Below, in pieces: positions 17,037 through 26,547 of a DNA stretch of 64,000 bases; position 1 is the stretch's first letter; each line of letters begins with the position of its first letter. Where the stretch lies: the NCBI GenBank assembly GCA_041660305.1, contig JBAZWO010000003.1, forward strand, positions 72,705 to 136,704, in the 5' to 3' direction. The position numbers were made by a program, and so were the translations under genes. This DNA is from Patescibacteria group bacterium (GTDB taxonomy: Bacteria > Patescibacteriota > Patescibacteriia > UBA9570). The notes under the pieces are model-generated. The model searched no databases. It was not told the DNA's origin and saw only the letters and a program-made list of their open reading frames with translations.

Positions 17037-17724
17037 ACTGTTGCTACCTAAATCATTGCAACATCCATTCAAAGCCGTGCTGTTTGATTTAGATGGCACA
17101 TTACTTGATTCTGAAGATGTACATTATTTTGCTTTTCGGGAAGCCTTAAAAGAATTTGGTTATAATTTTGATGAATTAGCCAAACAAGCACATTTTCAAG
17201 GTAGTTTTAAAAAAGCCTTTCAAGACATTGGCCATGAACTGGGTTTTGATCATGAAAAATTCGATAAAATCTATGAACGAAAAGTGGAACTGACATTACA
17301 AATTTCGCCAAACGAAATTGATAAAGTAGCCGGTATAACAAGTTTTTTAGAATTATTAAAAGAACGAGCCGTACCAATGGGTGTAGTAACAAACTCTGAA
17401 CGACGTTATGCTGGTTTAGTAATGACGGCTCATGATTTACTAGATTATTTTAATCCTGTTATCACTGGCGATGAATTATCAGAACCTAAACCAGCTCCCA
17501 AGGGATATTTACGCGCGGCTGAACAATTAAACATTAATCCGCAAGATATTTTGGTATTTGAAAATTCTGATGCTGGCATTACAGCCGCTAAAGCCGCTGG
17601 CATGTGCGTAATTGCCATTCGCACTACCGACGTGGGCAATTATAGTAACTTCGAAGCGGCGGATTTAGGCATTGATGATTTTGCTGATAACCTGCTGAAC
17701 GATTTAACATTTAATACCAAATAA
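17026..17724 (+). CDS. HAD-superfamily hydrolase (beta-phosphoglucomutase-like subfamily IA)
   Basis: Motif I is VLFDLDGTLLDSE, with TNS and a distal ENSDAG motif. Confidence 0.8.
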   Translation: MTNKLLLPKSLQHPFKAVLFDLDGTLLDSEDVHYFAFREALKEFGYNFDELAKQAHFQGSFKKAFQDIGHELGFDHEKFDKIYERKVELTLQISPNEIDKVAGITSFLELLKERAVPMGVVTNSERRYAGLVMTAHDLLDYFNPVITGDELSEPKPAPKGYLRAAEQLNINPQDILVFENSDAGITAAKAAGMCVIAIRTTDVGNYSNFEAADLGIDDFADNLLNDLTFNTK

Positions 17725-17726
17725 AC

Positions 17727-18386
17727 ATGCCTAGTATTAAAGCGGTTATTTTTGATTTAGATGGCGTAATTGTAGCTAGTGAGCCAGTTTATAATGAACT
17801 GTTCTTACAGTGGGCTCGTGATCATGCTGTGGAATTTTACGAGGCTGATTTTCAGCGTTATATTGGATCAACTTGGCAAGATTTATTACAAACCATTAAT
17901 ACTACTTTTCAAAAATCGTTTGATGTTAGGCAAGAACAAAACGATATTGTGCAACGTATTATCAAACATATTGCTCAAGTTGGTATACCATTAAAAGAAA
18001 ATATTGAGGAAACATTACAACAACTTAAGCCACATTATCGTTTAGGCGTTACTTCTAGTTCACCGCGCTTGGTAGTAGAACGTATTCTAAAACACCATGG
18101 TTTGTTTAATTATTTTGACGTGATTACTACCATAGAAGACGTACGGTATCCTAAACCCCACCCGGAACCTTACCAAATAACCATGCGTAAACTAAAAACC
18201 AAACCAGAGACCACTGTAATTATTGAGGATTCATTAAACGGAGCCAGAGCCGGTGTAGCCGCCGGAGCGTTTGTGTATGTATTACCAGATGCACGTTTGC
18301 CAGACGAAAAATTTGCCGTATTATTAAATAATACCGGAAAAATTATTCATGGTTTTGATGAATTAATACAGGACTTATTGGGCTAA
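17727..18386 (+). CDS. HAD-superfamily hydrolase (subfamily IA), tandem paralogue
   Basis: Motif I is VIFDLDGVIVASE, with TSS and EDSLNG motifs. Confidence 0.8.
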   Translation: MPSIKAVIFDLDGVIVASEPVYNELFLQWARDHAVEFYEADFQRYIGSTWQDLLQTINTTFQKSFDVRQEQNDIVQRIIKHIAQVGIPLKENIEETLQQLKPHYRLGVTSSSPRLVVERILKHHGLFNYFDVITTIEDVRYPKPHPEPYQITMRKLKTKPETTVIIEDSLNGARAGVAAGAFVYVLPDARLPDEKFAVLLNNTGKIIHGFDELIQDLLG

Positions 18387-19067
18387 CTCGTCGGCAGTTT
18401 TTACTAATTCGGCTAAGTCTTGGCTTAATTTAGCTACTGCCTTACTAGCTGTTTTCATATCGTCTGTATCCATACTGTCTGTGGCTGCATAAAAAGCCGT
18501 ATTAGACGCTTCAATATCATCTTTACATGTATTAATTTGTTCATTAAAATCTGTTGTGTCTACTCCATCTTTATCTAATACTTTTTCTAACAATTCCATT
18601 TTGTTTAACAAATCTTCGGCTTCATCAATCATCCGTTCGTAAGAATTAGTAGTAGCTTCTTTGATTAAATCTTTCATTTCATCTTCATAGGTTTTTAATT
18701 CCTCTACAGTTTCTTCCCGAATAGTATCAATTTCTTCATTGCTATCAGCTTGGTCAATTTTATCAATTTGTGCCTCTAACATGGCTACGGTTTTTTCGGT
18801 TAACTCTTGCGTGGCATCTTTATTTTCTTCCAAAAAATACTCGTTGCTTTGAAATTTATCGTTGGTACGATTTATCACTTCAATGGTAACATTTAATGCT
18901 TTAGTAATGGCGGTAATACGAGTGTCTAATACAGCCGCTTGGGTTTCTGGCGAAGCATTGCTAACAGCGTTTCTCACATTATCACCAATCGTAGCCTTGG
19001 AAATAAACGGCATAGTAGCTAAGACTAGCGTAACAAATAATAATGACGTAATAGTAGTTTTTGACAT
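18375..19067 (-). CDS. Secreted acidic, probably coiled-coil protein
   Basis: Signal peptide (LLFVTLVLATMPFISKA), then a highly Glu/Asp-rich, helix-prone sequence. Confidence 0.45.
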   Translation of the reverse strand: MSKTTITSLLFVTLVLATMPFISKATIGDNVRNAVSNASPETQAAVLDTRITAITKALNVTIEVINRTNDKFQSNEYFLEENKDATQELTEKTVAMLEAQIDKIDQADSNEEIDTIREETVEELKTYEDEMKDLIKEATTNSYERMIDEAEDLLNKMELLEKVLDKDGVDTTDFNEQINTCKDDIEASNTAFYAATDSMDTDDMKTASKAVAKLSQDLAELVKTADELAQ

Positions 19068-19088
19068 AAAATGGTATTAATTAAATAA

Positions 19089-19349
19089 TTATTGTTTAGC
19101 TAAATCATCCACTGCGGTACTAACTTCTGTAACATCTTGGCTAAGACCATCAGTTACCGAGGCACTGGCTGAATTAAATTCATCTAAAGCCTCTTGCGCT
19201 TCTTGCACGGCCGCATTGGTGCTTTTAGTATTTGTTGTAGTAGCATTACCATTGGCACTATTAGTAATTGTATTTTTATTCGCACAACCGCCACCAACAG
19301 TTGTAGCCACTAACAATAGGCTACTTAAAATTATGAAACGTTTAGACAT
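19089..19349 (-). CDS. Small lipoprotein
   Basis: MSKRFIILSSLLLVATTVGGGC reads as a signal peptide plus lipobox-like Cys, followed by an Asn/Thr-rich linker. Confidence 0.5.
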   Translation of the reverse strand: MSKRFIILSSLLLVATTVGGGCANKNTITNSANGNATTTNTKSTNAAVQEAQEALDEFNSASASVTDGLSQDVTEVSTAVDDLAKQ

Positions 19350-19385
19350 ATTATTAATTTTTAATTAATTAACTAATTAAATAAT

Positions 19386-20966
19386 TTATTTAGTTGCTAA
19401 GATATAAGTGAACGTACCTTGTTTACTATACCATTCTCCACTGTTTTTTTTAACAGCTATCTTTAGATAATACGTTTTACTGTTAGTATTAGGTAATTTA
19501 TCTGTAGTTAGGGTGTTGTTGGTTTGCCAAGTACCGTGAGTAATAGGATCGGCATCGGCTTGCTTACCAAAATACACGTTATAACCAGCTATGTCTTTAT
19601 TTAACAATTTTGGTACCACCCAAGTAAAATAGGGTTTTTTGTATGGATATACTGTATTATTAGCTAATTTTTCAGTTTTTTCCGAGTTATTATAGCCAGT
19701 AACTTGCACAGCCTTTACTGAATCTAGTTGTAATAAAGCTCCTACTGCGCTGGCTCGTCCCACACCATACACCGCCGGTATATCAATGTCAACGGCAGAA
19801 TCTTTTAAAGCGGCGGTAACTTCGGTTGGAGTTACAGCGTTCTCTTGTGCTTTTAACAGTGCGGCAATACCAGCTATTACTGGTGTGGCCATGGAAGTAC
19901 CAGAATATTCTTCATAATCACCGTTATATGCCGTACTGATAATATTATCTCCTGGAGCCGCGATATCTACACAATTTGTACCATAATTACTATATGCTTC
20001 TATGTGATTATTCTCATTAATAGCCGATACCCCAATTACTCCAGCGGAACACACCGGATAAAATGGCAATAAATTCATGTTGCGATGATTATTACCAGCC
20101 GCCGCTACAACTACAATGCCTTTATTCAAAGCGGTTTGTATTACATCATCTAACACACTACTATAACCTAGGCCACCTAAACTTAAATTAATCACTGCCG
20201 CACCATTATCAATAGCGTATTGAATGCCTTCGGCTACATCTGCATCGGTCATCACACCACTGGAATCACTAATTCGAATTGGCATAATCTTAGCTTTCCA
20301 CGCTACCCCGGCTATGCCTACAGTATTATTGGTTTTAGCCGCCGCAATGCCAGCCACGTGTGTACCGTGTGATAAACCGTCGTTTTTACCACTAGTATTT
20401 GGAACGGGGTTTGGATTATTGTTATCTTCAATAAAATTCCAACCATTTACATCATCAATATAACCATTTTTATCATCATCTTGGCCGTTAGCGGCTATTT
20501 CATCTTTATTGATCCAAATTTTTTTAGCTAAATCTGGATGATCTAAATCTACCCCCGTATCAATAATGGCAATACGTACTTTCTTACTACCTTTAGTAAC
20601 TGTCCAAGCCTGACTAACATCTATACTAGCGGCCGCTGTTTCATTAATACTATATTGTTCCAACCAGCTAGCATCGTTTGGTATAATTTCTTGGATCGTC
20701 CGTTCATAATTTAGGGCGACGTTGCGCACGGTTTTGTTTTGTTTTATTTCATTAATTTGTGCATCCAAACTACTGCGTTTATTAACTTTAACTATACCAA
20801 AGCTACTATCATTAAATCTTACTAAAATATGCTGTGGTGTTGTAGCTAGACTTTTTCCAGGCCAAACCACAATAGTTACGGCTATTAATATAATAATTAA
20901 GTTATATTTAGTATATTTTTTGCTGATCATACTAATAATGTTGCTCTTGAAAAAACTACTTGTCAA
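19386..20966 (-). CDS. Subtilisin-like serine protease (peptidase S8) with a C-terminal beta-rich domain
   Basis: The catalytic triad contexts are IAIIDTGVDLDHPDL, HGTHVAGIAAA and GTSMATPVIAGIAALL. Confidence 0.9.
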   Translation of the reverse strand: MTSSFFKSNIISMISKKYTKYNLIIILIAVTIVVWPGKSLATTPQHILVRFNDSSFGIVKVNKRSSLDAQINEIKQNKTVRNVALNYERTIQEIIPNDASWLEQYSINETAAASIDVSQAWTVTKGSKKVRIAIIDTGVDLDHPDLAKKIWINKDEIAANGQDDDKNGYIDDVNGWNFIEDNNNPNPVPNTSGKNDGLSHGTHVAGIAAAKTNNTVGIAGVAWKAKIMPIRISDSSGVMTDADVAEGIQYAIDNGAAVINLSLGGLGYSSVLDDVIQTALNKGIVVVAAAGNNHRNMNLLPFYPVCSAGVIGVSAINENNHIEAYSNYGTNCVDIAAPGDNIISTAYNGDYEEYSGTSMATPVIAGIAALLKAQENAVTPTEVTAALKDSAVDIDIPAVYGVGRASAVGALLQLDSVKAVQVTGYNNSEKTEKLANNTVYPYKKPYFTWVVPKLLNKDIAGYNVYFGKQADADPITHGTWQTNNTLTTDKLPNTNSKTYYLKIAVKKNSGEWYSKQGTFTYILATK

Positions 20967-20975
20967 TGATACAAT
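20947..20975 (+). promoter_or_regulatory. Promoter TTGAAA-17-TGaTACAAT; the ATG lies 6 nt downstream
   Basis: TTGAAA at 20947-20952, TACAAT at 20970-20975 preceded by TGa, and ATG at 20982. Confidence 0.6.
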
Positions 20976-20981
20976 GTTTCA

Positions 20982-22226
20982 ATGCAACAAATAGATAAAG
21001 CCGAAATTCAACAACAATTAATTGAACGTGGCATCGATCCAAATCATATTAAAGCCCTACATATCAAAATTAAAAATGGTCAACTAAATGAGCGCTCCTT
21101 TGTTTTAGAAAAAACTAGCTTAAAAGCACCTACTAGCAAAAATATTATCAATTACAACAAAATTAACACCAAAAATAATTTAGACCATGGTATTAAATTA
21201 CTCCAAAACGACAATCTCTTAGTATTTTGGCTGAATGGTGGAGCCGCTACTCGGTATTTTAATAAACGAAAAATAAAACCTGCTGAAGCGACTCGTTATG
21301 CAAAAGCCCTGGCCGCCATTACTCCAGTCATGACTAACTTACCAAAAGGTATTACTCCAGTTGTGGCTAAGCTAAGTTATTTAGAATTAAACATTCGTAA
21401 TTTACTACATATTACCAAACAATATCAGTTACCAGTTCATCCCCAAGTAGTTTTAATGAATAGCTTCATTACCGATCAGCCAACTCGTAACCACCTACAA
21501 AGCCTATTTAAAAAATATCCTAACTTACAACCAAACCGGTTCCATTATCTAGTTCAGCAACCTACCATACCGCGCTTTCAAGCGGCCACCGAATTAAAAA
21601 ATATCGATTTATTTGTTGATACACATGGGGAATTATCTTGGGCGCCCTGTGGCCATGGTGATTTTGTGTATTTACTACAAGACTATTTAAAACAGAATCT
21701 TTTAGCGCCGGCTAAATATTTATTTTTTTCTAATATTGATAATCTAGGCGCTACAATTGATCCTGTGTTATTAGGTCAACACGCTACTGCCCAACTAGGT
21801 CGTACCGTTGAATTAGCTCGCAAAGAAATTGGCGATACTGGTGGCGTACCTTGTTTTGTTAATAATCAATTAATGATTGTGGAACAAATGAAATTTCCAA
21901 AAACATTTAATTGGTCCGCTATTCCTTGGTTCAATACAAACACTTTTTGGTTTACCTTGAAAGATTTACTAGCTTTTAAGGAAGATTTGCCTCTAGTTTT
22001 AGCAGAAAAAACAATTTCTACCGGTACTGTTTTACAACTAGAACGTTTTGCCTGTGATGTAACTTTACCATCAGAATACATTGAAGTGCCACGCACACAA
22101 CGGTTTTGGCCTATTAAAAGATATGTTGACGCGTTAATTTATCAAGACACAAACTCCAAAACACCCTTTTACAAAAACTTCACTGCTTTATTAAAAAATA
22201 GCTATAACATTTCTGGCGCTTCCTAA
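20982..22226 (+). CDS. UDP-sugar pyrophosphorylase (UTP--glucose-1-phosphate uridylyltransferase, UDPGP family)
   Basis: WLNGGAATR resembles the LNGGLGT motif. APCGHGDF is also typical of the eukaryote-type UDPGP family. Confidence 0.6.
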   Translation: MQQIDKAEIQQQLIERGIDPNHIKALHIKIKNGQLNERSFVLEKTSLKAPTSKNIINYNKINTKNNLDHGIKLLQNDNLLVFWLNGGAATRYFNKRKIKPAEATRYAKALAAITPVMTNLPKGITPVVAKLSYLELNIRNLLHITKQYQLPVHPQVVLMNSFITDQPTRNHLQSLFKKYPNLQPNRFHYLVQQPTIPRFQAATELKNIDLFVDTHGELSWAPCGHGDFVYLLQDYLKQNLLAPAKYLFFSNIDNLGATIDPVLLGQHATAQLGRTVELARKEIGDTGGVPCFVNNQLMIVEQMKFPKTFNWSAIPWFNTNTFWFTLKDLLAFKEDLPLVLAEKTISTGTVLQLERFACDVTLPSEYIEVPRTQRFWPIKRYVDALIYQDTNSKTPFYKNFTALLKNSYNISGAS

Positions 22227-22252
22227 ATTTGCCAAAAATTAAAATTTATGGT

Positions 22253-23671
22253 ATGAAAACTAATATGAAATGGCGCGGATTAGCGTTACTAGCTATGTTT
22301 ACTTTAACTATTTTAACTGGCATCAGTTGTTCTAGTGCTGCTGCTCCAAAATCATTTACTTTAAAATATTGGACTGTAGCAGCTGATCCAGAGGCACTAA
22401 ATACTGCTATTAAAAAATTTCAGGCTAGTTATCCTTATATTAATATTACCGTTAGCACTTTTACTCCAGAAGAATACGAAAGCAAGTTAATTGAAGGCTG
22501 GTCACATGATGAAGGACCAGATATTTTTTCAGTAGCTAATACAAATTTAGGTAAATTTAAAACTTATATTAAACCACTACCAGCTACTATTACACTGAAA
22601 TCTGTTACTGAAAAAAAGAGCTTTGCTAAAACACAAACTATTGTAACTAATAACACTATTACTACTGTTTCACCACAAAAATTAAACAGCTTATTTCCTC
22701 AGGTAGTATATAATAACGTAGTATTAACTGATAACTCAGCCGATAGTAAAGACAAAAATACTTTAAAAATATTCGGCTTGCCATTAAATCTGGATACGCT
22801 GGTACTCTATTATAATAAAGAGTTGTTAAGTAGGGCAGCTATTCCATTGCCAGCCACTAATTGGACTGATTTTACTAATCAAGTATCTGCTCCCAAGCTA
22901 ACCTTAATAGATATTAATAATAATATTGTTCAATCAGGAGTGGCTCTAGGCACGTGTTCTAATGTGCCTTTATGTTTTGATATCATTTCATTAATCATGA
23001 TGCAAAATAATGCTACCATGGTAAAAGATAATAGAATAATGTTTAACCGTTCTACCGACCAAGCTGAATACCCAGGAGTAAAGGCGCTAGAATTTTATAC
23101 CAGTTTTGCCCAGGTAAATGCCGATGGTTTACATGCCAATAATTATAGTTGGGATACCGATCAGCCTGCTGCGTTAGAAGCGTTTATGTCCGGCAACAGT
23201 GCTTATTATTTTGGTTATCATTATCAGTTGGAACAAATTCGTAATAAAGCGCCAAATTTAAATTTCGATATTACCACTGTGCCACAAATTAACGCTACTG
23301 CCCCTGTTAATTATGCTAGTTATTGGGTAGAAACCGTGGCTAATAATTCAGCTCATCCTAACGAGGCTTGGGGTTTTATAGAACAACTTACCACCAATGA
23401 AACTAATGTAAAAACTTATTTAGATACCACCAAACAACCGGCCGCTTTAAATTCATTATTGCAAACCCAACAGGAAGATTATACCTTAGGCATCTTTGCT
23501 AATGCCATTTTAACAGCTAATAGTTGGTATGCCGGCCAAGCTTTTGCTTCTGCTAAAGCCATTTTCAAAGATATGGTGGAACAAATTAATCAAAATAAAT
23601 TAGATGTGACTGCGGCCTTAAATGATGCCGCTGATAAAATAGAATTAACCTACCAAACCAATGAAAAATAA
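22253..23671 (+). CDS. Extracellular solute-binding lipoprotein (ABC-type, family 1); no permease or ATPase gene adjacent
   Basis: Signal plus lipobox LTGISC. Length and W/Y-rich pattern are typical of sugar-type SBPs. ATG 22253 is preferred over the TTG at 22229. Confidence 0.65.
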   Translation: MKTNMKWRGLALLAMFTLTILTGISCSSAAAPKSFTLKYWTVAADPEALNTAIKKFQASYPYINITVSTFTPEEYESKLIEGWSHDEGPDIFSVANTNLGKFKTYIKPLPATITLKSVTEKKSFAKTQTIVTNNTITTVSPQKLNSLFPQVVYNNVVLTDNSADSKDKNTLKIFGLPLNLDTLVLYYNKELLSRAAIPLPATNWTDFTNQVSAPKLTLIDINNNIVQSGVALGTCSNVPLCFDIISLIMMQNNATMVKDNRIMFNRSTDQAEYPGVKALEFYTSFAQVNADGLHANNYSWDTDQPAALEAFMSGNSAYYFGYHYQLEQIRNKAPNLNFDITTVPQINATAPVNYASYWVETVANNSAHPNEAWGFIEQLTTNETNVKTYLDTTKQPAALNSLLQTQQEDYTLGIFANAILTANSWYAGQAFASAKAIFKDMVEQINQNKLDVTAALNDAADKIELTYQTNEK

Positions 23672-24413
23672 AATAGTACTAAGCATATTAATTGTGTTTG
23701 GAGTTTGGTTATTACCTCATACTGCTTTAGCTTGGTCGATTGTGCCAAAAGATTGTATTGATTCTCCCACTGGCTGTAACATGTGTCAGATAGTATTAAT
23801 TTTTACTAACGCATCCACTATTATTGCTGGCATACTAGGTGGCACTGCTTTGCTTAATTTTATTATTGCCGGCTTATTTTTAATTTTTTCTAATGGTAAT
23901 GAACAACATATTGAAACAGCTAAAAAAAATCTGAAAGCTACTATAATTGGTTTGTTTATTGTAATGTTTGCTTGGGTAGGAGTAAATTATATTGTCCGCT
24001 TATCTTATAAAGCTAATACCGGCAAAGATACTGATGCCACAATATTTGGCAAAGCTTGGTGGGCACCGACTTGTGAAACCACTGTAAAAGATTGCGCCGG
24101 TAATTATGTGGGCAGTTCTTGCGTGAACACTACTATTGATAAAGATTGTGGCAAAGCTGACGCCCGCTGCACTTGTTCTAGAACTGCAACGTCTGGTAAT
24201 AACACCACGGCTTGTAGCGCTGATAGCAAATCTGCTGATTATTGTAACTGCACTAATAAATGCGACCAATTAAATTCCGATCCAAAATACACCGGAAAAA
24301 CTTGGTCGTGTATGGACAAAATAGCAGCCGAAAAAGACAAAAACGTAGACACTAAAACTGCCGAAACCATTCCCTGCCCAAAATCTACCCAACAATGCGT
24401 GGGAAAGAAATAA
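23661..24413 (+). CDS. Pilin-like core at the N-terminus fused to a Cys-rich C-terminal tail
   Basis: The core is GLFLIFSNGNEQHIETAKKNLKATIIGLFIVMFAW. The ~115-aa tail after it contains 13 Cys. Confidence 0.65.
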   Translation: MKNKIVLSILIVFGVWLLPHTALAWSIVPKDCIDSPTGCNMCQIVLIFTNASTIIAGILGGTALLNFIIAGLFLIFSNGNEQHIETAKKNLKATIIGLFIVMFAWVGVNYIVRLSYKANTGKDTDATIFGKAWWAPTCETTVKDCAGNYVGSSCVNTTIDKDCGKADARCTCSRTATSGNNTTACSADSKSADYCNCTNKCDQLNSDPKYTGKTWSCMDKIAAEKDKNVDTKTAETIPCPKSTQQCVGKK

Positions 24414-24444
24414 AATAAATAATTAAATTATTAAGCATTGCTTT

Positions 24445-25224
24445 ATGAACAAAACCATGTTGAAAATCGCTATCATTCCAGTTCTACTTGCATTACCTAT
24501 TATCATGTTAACTACCTCTAAAAAAGTTTTAGCAGAAGGCTGCGCAACTGGGGGATATACAGATGAAGATCGTGATGGCGACGGTATTCTAAATGATGGT
24601 TCGGATAAATGCCCAGATGATTGTGGAGAAAACACTCCTGATGGCTGTCCAGCTGCAACTCCTGATCCAGTTTTACCGGATGAAGGAGATGAAGATGGAG
24701 ATGGAGTAATAAATGGAGATGAGCAATGTCTTGGCACATCGGTTGAAGAAGGTGGAAATGTAGATGAGTATGGCTGTCCAGTTGCAGCAGAGGATCCGAG
24801 TTCAATGGACACAGATGGCGACAAAACATCTGATGCAAATGATCCTTGTCCTGAAGATCCACTCAATATGTGTAAAACAGGAAATGTATATAATACAGAC
24901 ACTACTAAAGACACTACTACCGCCAGCACCGGTAAAACCACACTAGAATCTCCTTATGGTGGTGAAACAGCCGCGAAAAATCCAGCTCAGATTGTGGCGG
25001 TTATTTTGCAAGCCTTACTAGGTATTGTAGGTGCCTGCACACTGTTAATGTTTATTTGGGGAGGCTTACGTATGATATTTTCAGAAGGCAATGAAGAAAA
25101 AATCACGAAAAGCCGTTCTATCTTAGTATGGGCCACTATTGGTTTAGCTGTGATTATGGTTAGTTATAGCATTCTAAGCTACGTATTTACTATCATTCAA
25201 AGTTCTGCCACCGGCACGATTTAA
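24445..25224 (+). CDS. Asp-rich calcium-binding-type (thrombospondin type 3-like) repeats fused to a C-terminal pilin-like core
   Basis: DEDRDGDGILNDGSDKCPDD, DEDGDGVINGDEQC and DTDGDKTSDANDPCPEDP repeats, followed by GGLRMIFSEGNEEKITKSRSIL and two helices. Confidence 0.7.
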   Translation: MNKTMLKIAIIPVLLALPIIMLTTSKKVLAEGCATGGYTDEDRDGDGILNDGSDKCPDDCGENTPDGCPAATPDPVLPDEGDEDGDGVINGDEQCLGTSVEEGGNVDEYGCPVAAEDPSSMDTDGDKTSDANDPCPEDPLNMCKTGNVYNTDTTKDTTTASTGKTTLESPYGGETAAKNPAQIVAVILQALLGIVGACTLLMFIWGGLRMIFSEGNEEKITKSRSILVWATIGLAVIMVSYSILSYVFTIIQSSATGTI

Positions 25225-25231
25225 TAACAAT

Positions 25232-25657
25232 CTATTTAGAAGCATTATAAATGTTCCTAAACATAAAATACATAAACGAGTACGAAGCTAGCACTACTAC
25301 TAAGCCTAAAACCGTGCCTGAGATAATTTCTTTAGCTTCGGCAATTTCTTCTTCTACGCCTTTGGCCATAATCCATTTAAAGCCGGCGTAAAATATTAAT
25401 GCCAAACACAGCGTTCCTAATAAACCAAGTAAAAGATTTATAGTTAACGCCGCCGCATCTACTGCGCCTGGTACTAGCTCACCGCTACCGTTAGGATCTG
25501 GCGTCATCATATTACCTAATTTAGTATTATCGGCCCAAACGTTATTAGGATCCACTGCAATGTTTTTGGTTTCATAAGCTAAACTTGGCCAAGACAACAT
25601 TACCGATAAACCACATAATATTATCGTTAAACTAGTAGCCGGCACTATTTTTTTCAT
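25232..25657 (-). CDS. T4SS-pilin-like protein (cluster paralogue)
   Basis: Signal peptide, variable region, then AGFKWIMAKGVEEEIAEAKEII and a helix. Confidence 0.75.
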   Translation of the reverse strand: MKKIVPATSLTIILCGLSVMLSWPSLAYETKNIAVDPNNVWADNTKLGNMMTPDPNGSGELVPGAVDAAALTINLLLGLLGTLCLALIFYAGFKWIMAKGVEEEIAEAKEIISGTVLGLVVVLASYSFMYFMFRNIYNASK

Positions 25658-25675
25658 AAAATCATTATATTGTAA

Positions 25676-26068
25676 CTATTTAGTAGTAACATTAACTAAA
25701 TGTTCAAAGACATAATTGGTAATACCATAAGAAGATAATATCGTTACTAAGCCAAACAAGGCTCCCTTTAATATTTCTCTGGCTTTACCAACTTCTTCTT
25801 CATTTCCACCAAACATCATCCATAAATAACCGGCATACACAATTAATGATACAGCAATAATGGCTAATAAAGTTAATATCCAATTAATAATTCTAGCCGC
25901 AATGGTAACTGGCGTAGCATTGCCCAAGCCGGTATTTTTTTCCACGTTACCATTAGGATCAAACACTATGTCTTGCGGTGTATAGCCAGCGGCCACTGTT
26001 CCTGGTATTACTATTGCCAATACACAGCTTAGACTAATAAGAATTTGTTTTATTAAAATGTGTTTCAT
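25676..26068 (-). CDS. T4SS-pilin-like protein (cluster paralogue)
   Basis: Core is AGYLWMMFGGNEEEVGKAREIL. Confidence 0.75.
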   Translation of the reverse strand: MKHILIKQILISLSCVLAIVIPGTVAAGYTPQDIVFDPNGNVEKNTGLGNATPVTIAARIINWILTLLAIIAVSLIVYAGYLWMMFGGNEEEVGKAREILKGALFGLVTILSSYGITNYVFEHLVNVTTK

Positions 26069-26102
26069 ATAATTATTTACTTGAAGCGGTTAAAATTTAT
26101 TT

Positions 26103-26543
26103 TTAGTCTGGATCTTCTTCTGAACTAGTTTTTTGCACTTCCGCTCCGGTAATATTAGCTACTTGCACAAACACATATTGTGTAATACCTAACGAAGCCA
26201 ATACAATCAATAAACCAATAACGGTACCCTTAATAATATCTTTGGCTTGTGTAATTTTTTCTTCTTCACCTCTGGCCCATACCCACAAAAAGCCAGCGTA
26301 AATTAATAATACCAAACATAAGCCGCCTAATAAACTTAGAGCTAAATTCATCATATTTAAAGCGGCCTTAACCGGAGAAGTAATACCTAAATTTAATTGC
26401 GTAATACTACTTGTACTAGTATTTACTAAACCAGAATCATTCTTACTTGGATCCGGATCCACTGGATTACCAGCCTGACTGCTAACCGGAATAGTTAAAC
26501 ATAGAATTCCAACTAATAAAAAAATGTTTAGTGTTTTCTTCAT
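26103..26543 (-). CDS. T4SS-pilin-like protein (cluster paralogue)
   Basis: Core is AGFLWVWARGEEEKITQAKDII. Confidence 0.75.
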   Translation of the reverse strand: MKKTLNIFLLVGILCLTIPVSSQAGNPVDPDPSKNDSGLVNTSTSSITQLNLGITSPVKAALNMMNLALSLLGGLCLVLLIYAGFLWVWARGEEEKITQAKDIIKGTVIGLLIVLASLGITQYVFVQVANITGAEVQKTSSEEDPD

Positions 26544-26547
26544 ACAT

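Noticed and set aside
24423-24946. 172-aa and 114-aa minus-strand ORFs and a 60-aa plus-strand ORF overlapping the TSP3-like pilin fusion gene
   Set aside because: These are antisense or out-of-frame products of an Asp/Gly/Glu-rich (GAT/GGA/GAA) coding region. They are Ser/Pro/His-rich low-complexity translations with no start context.
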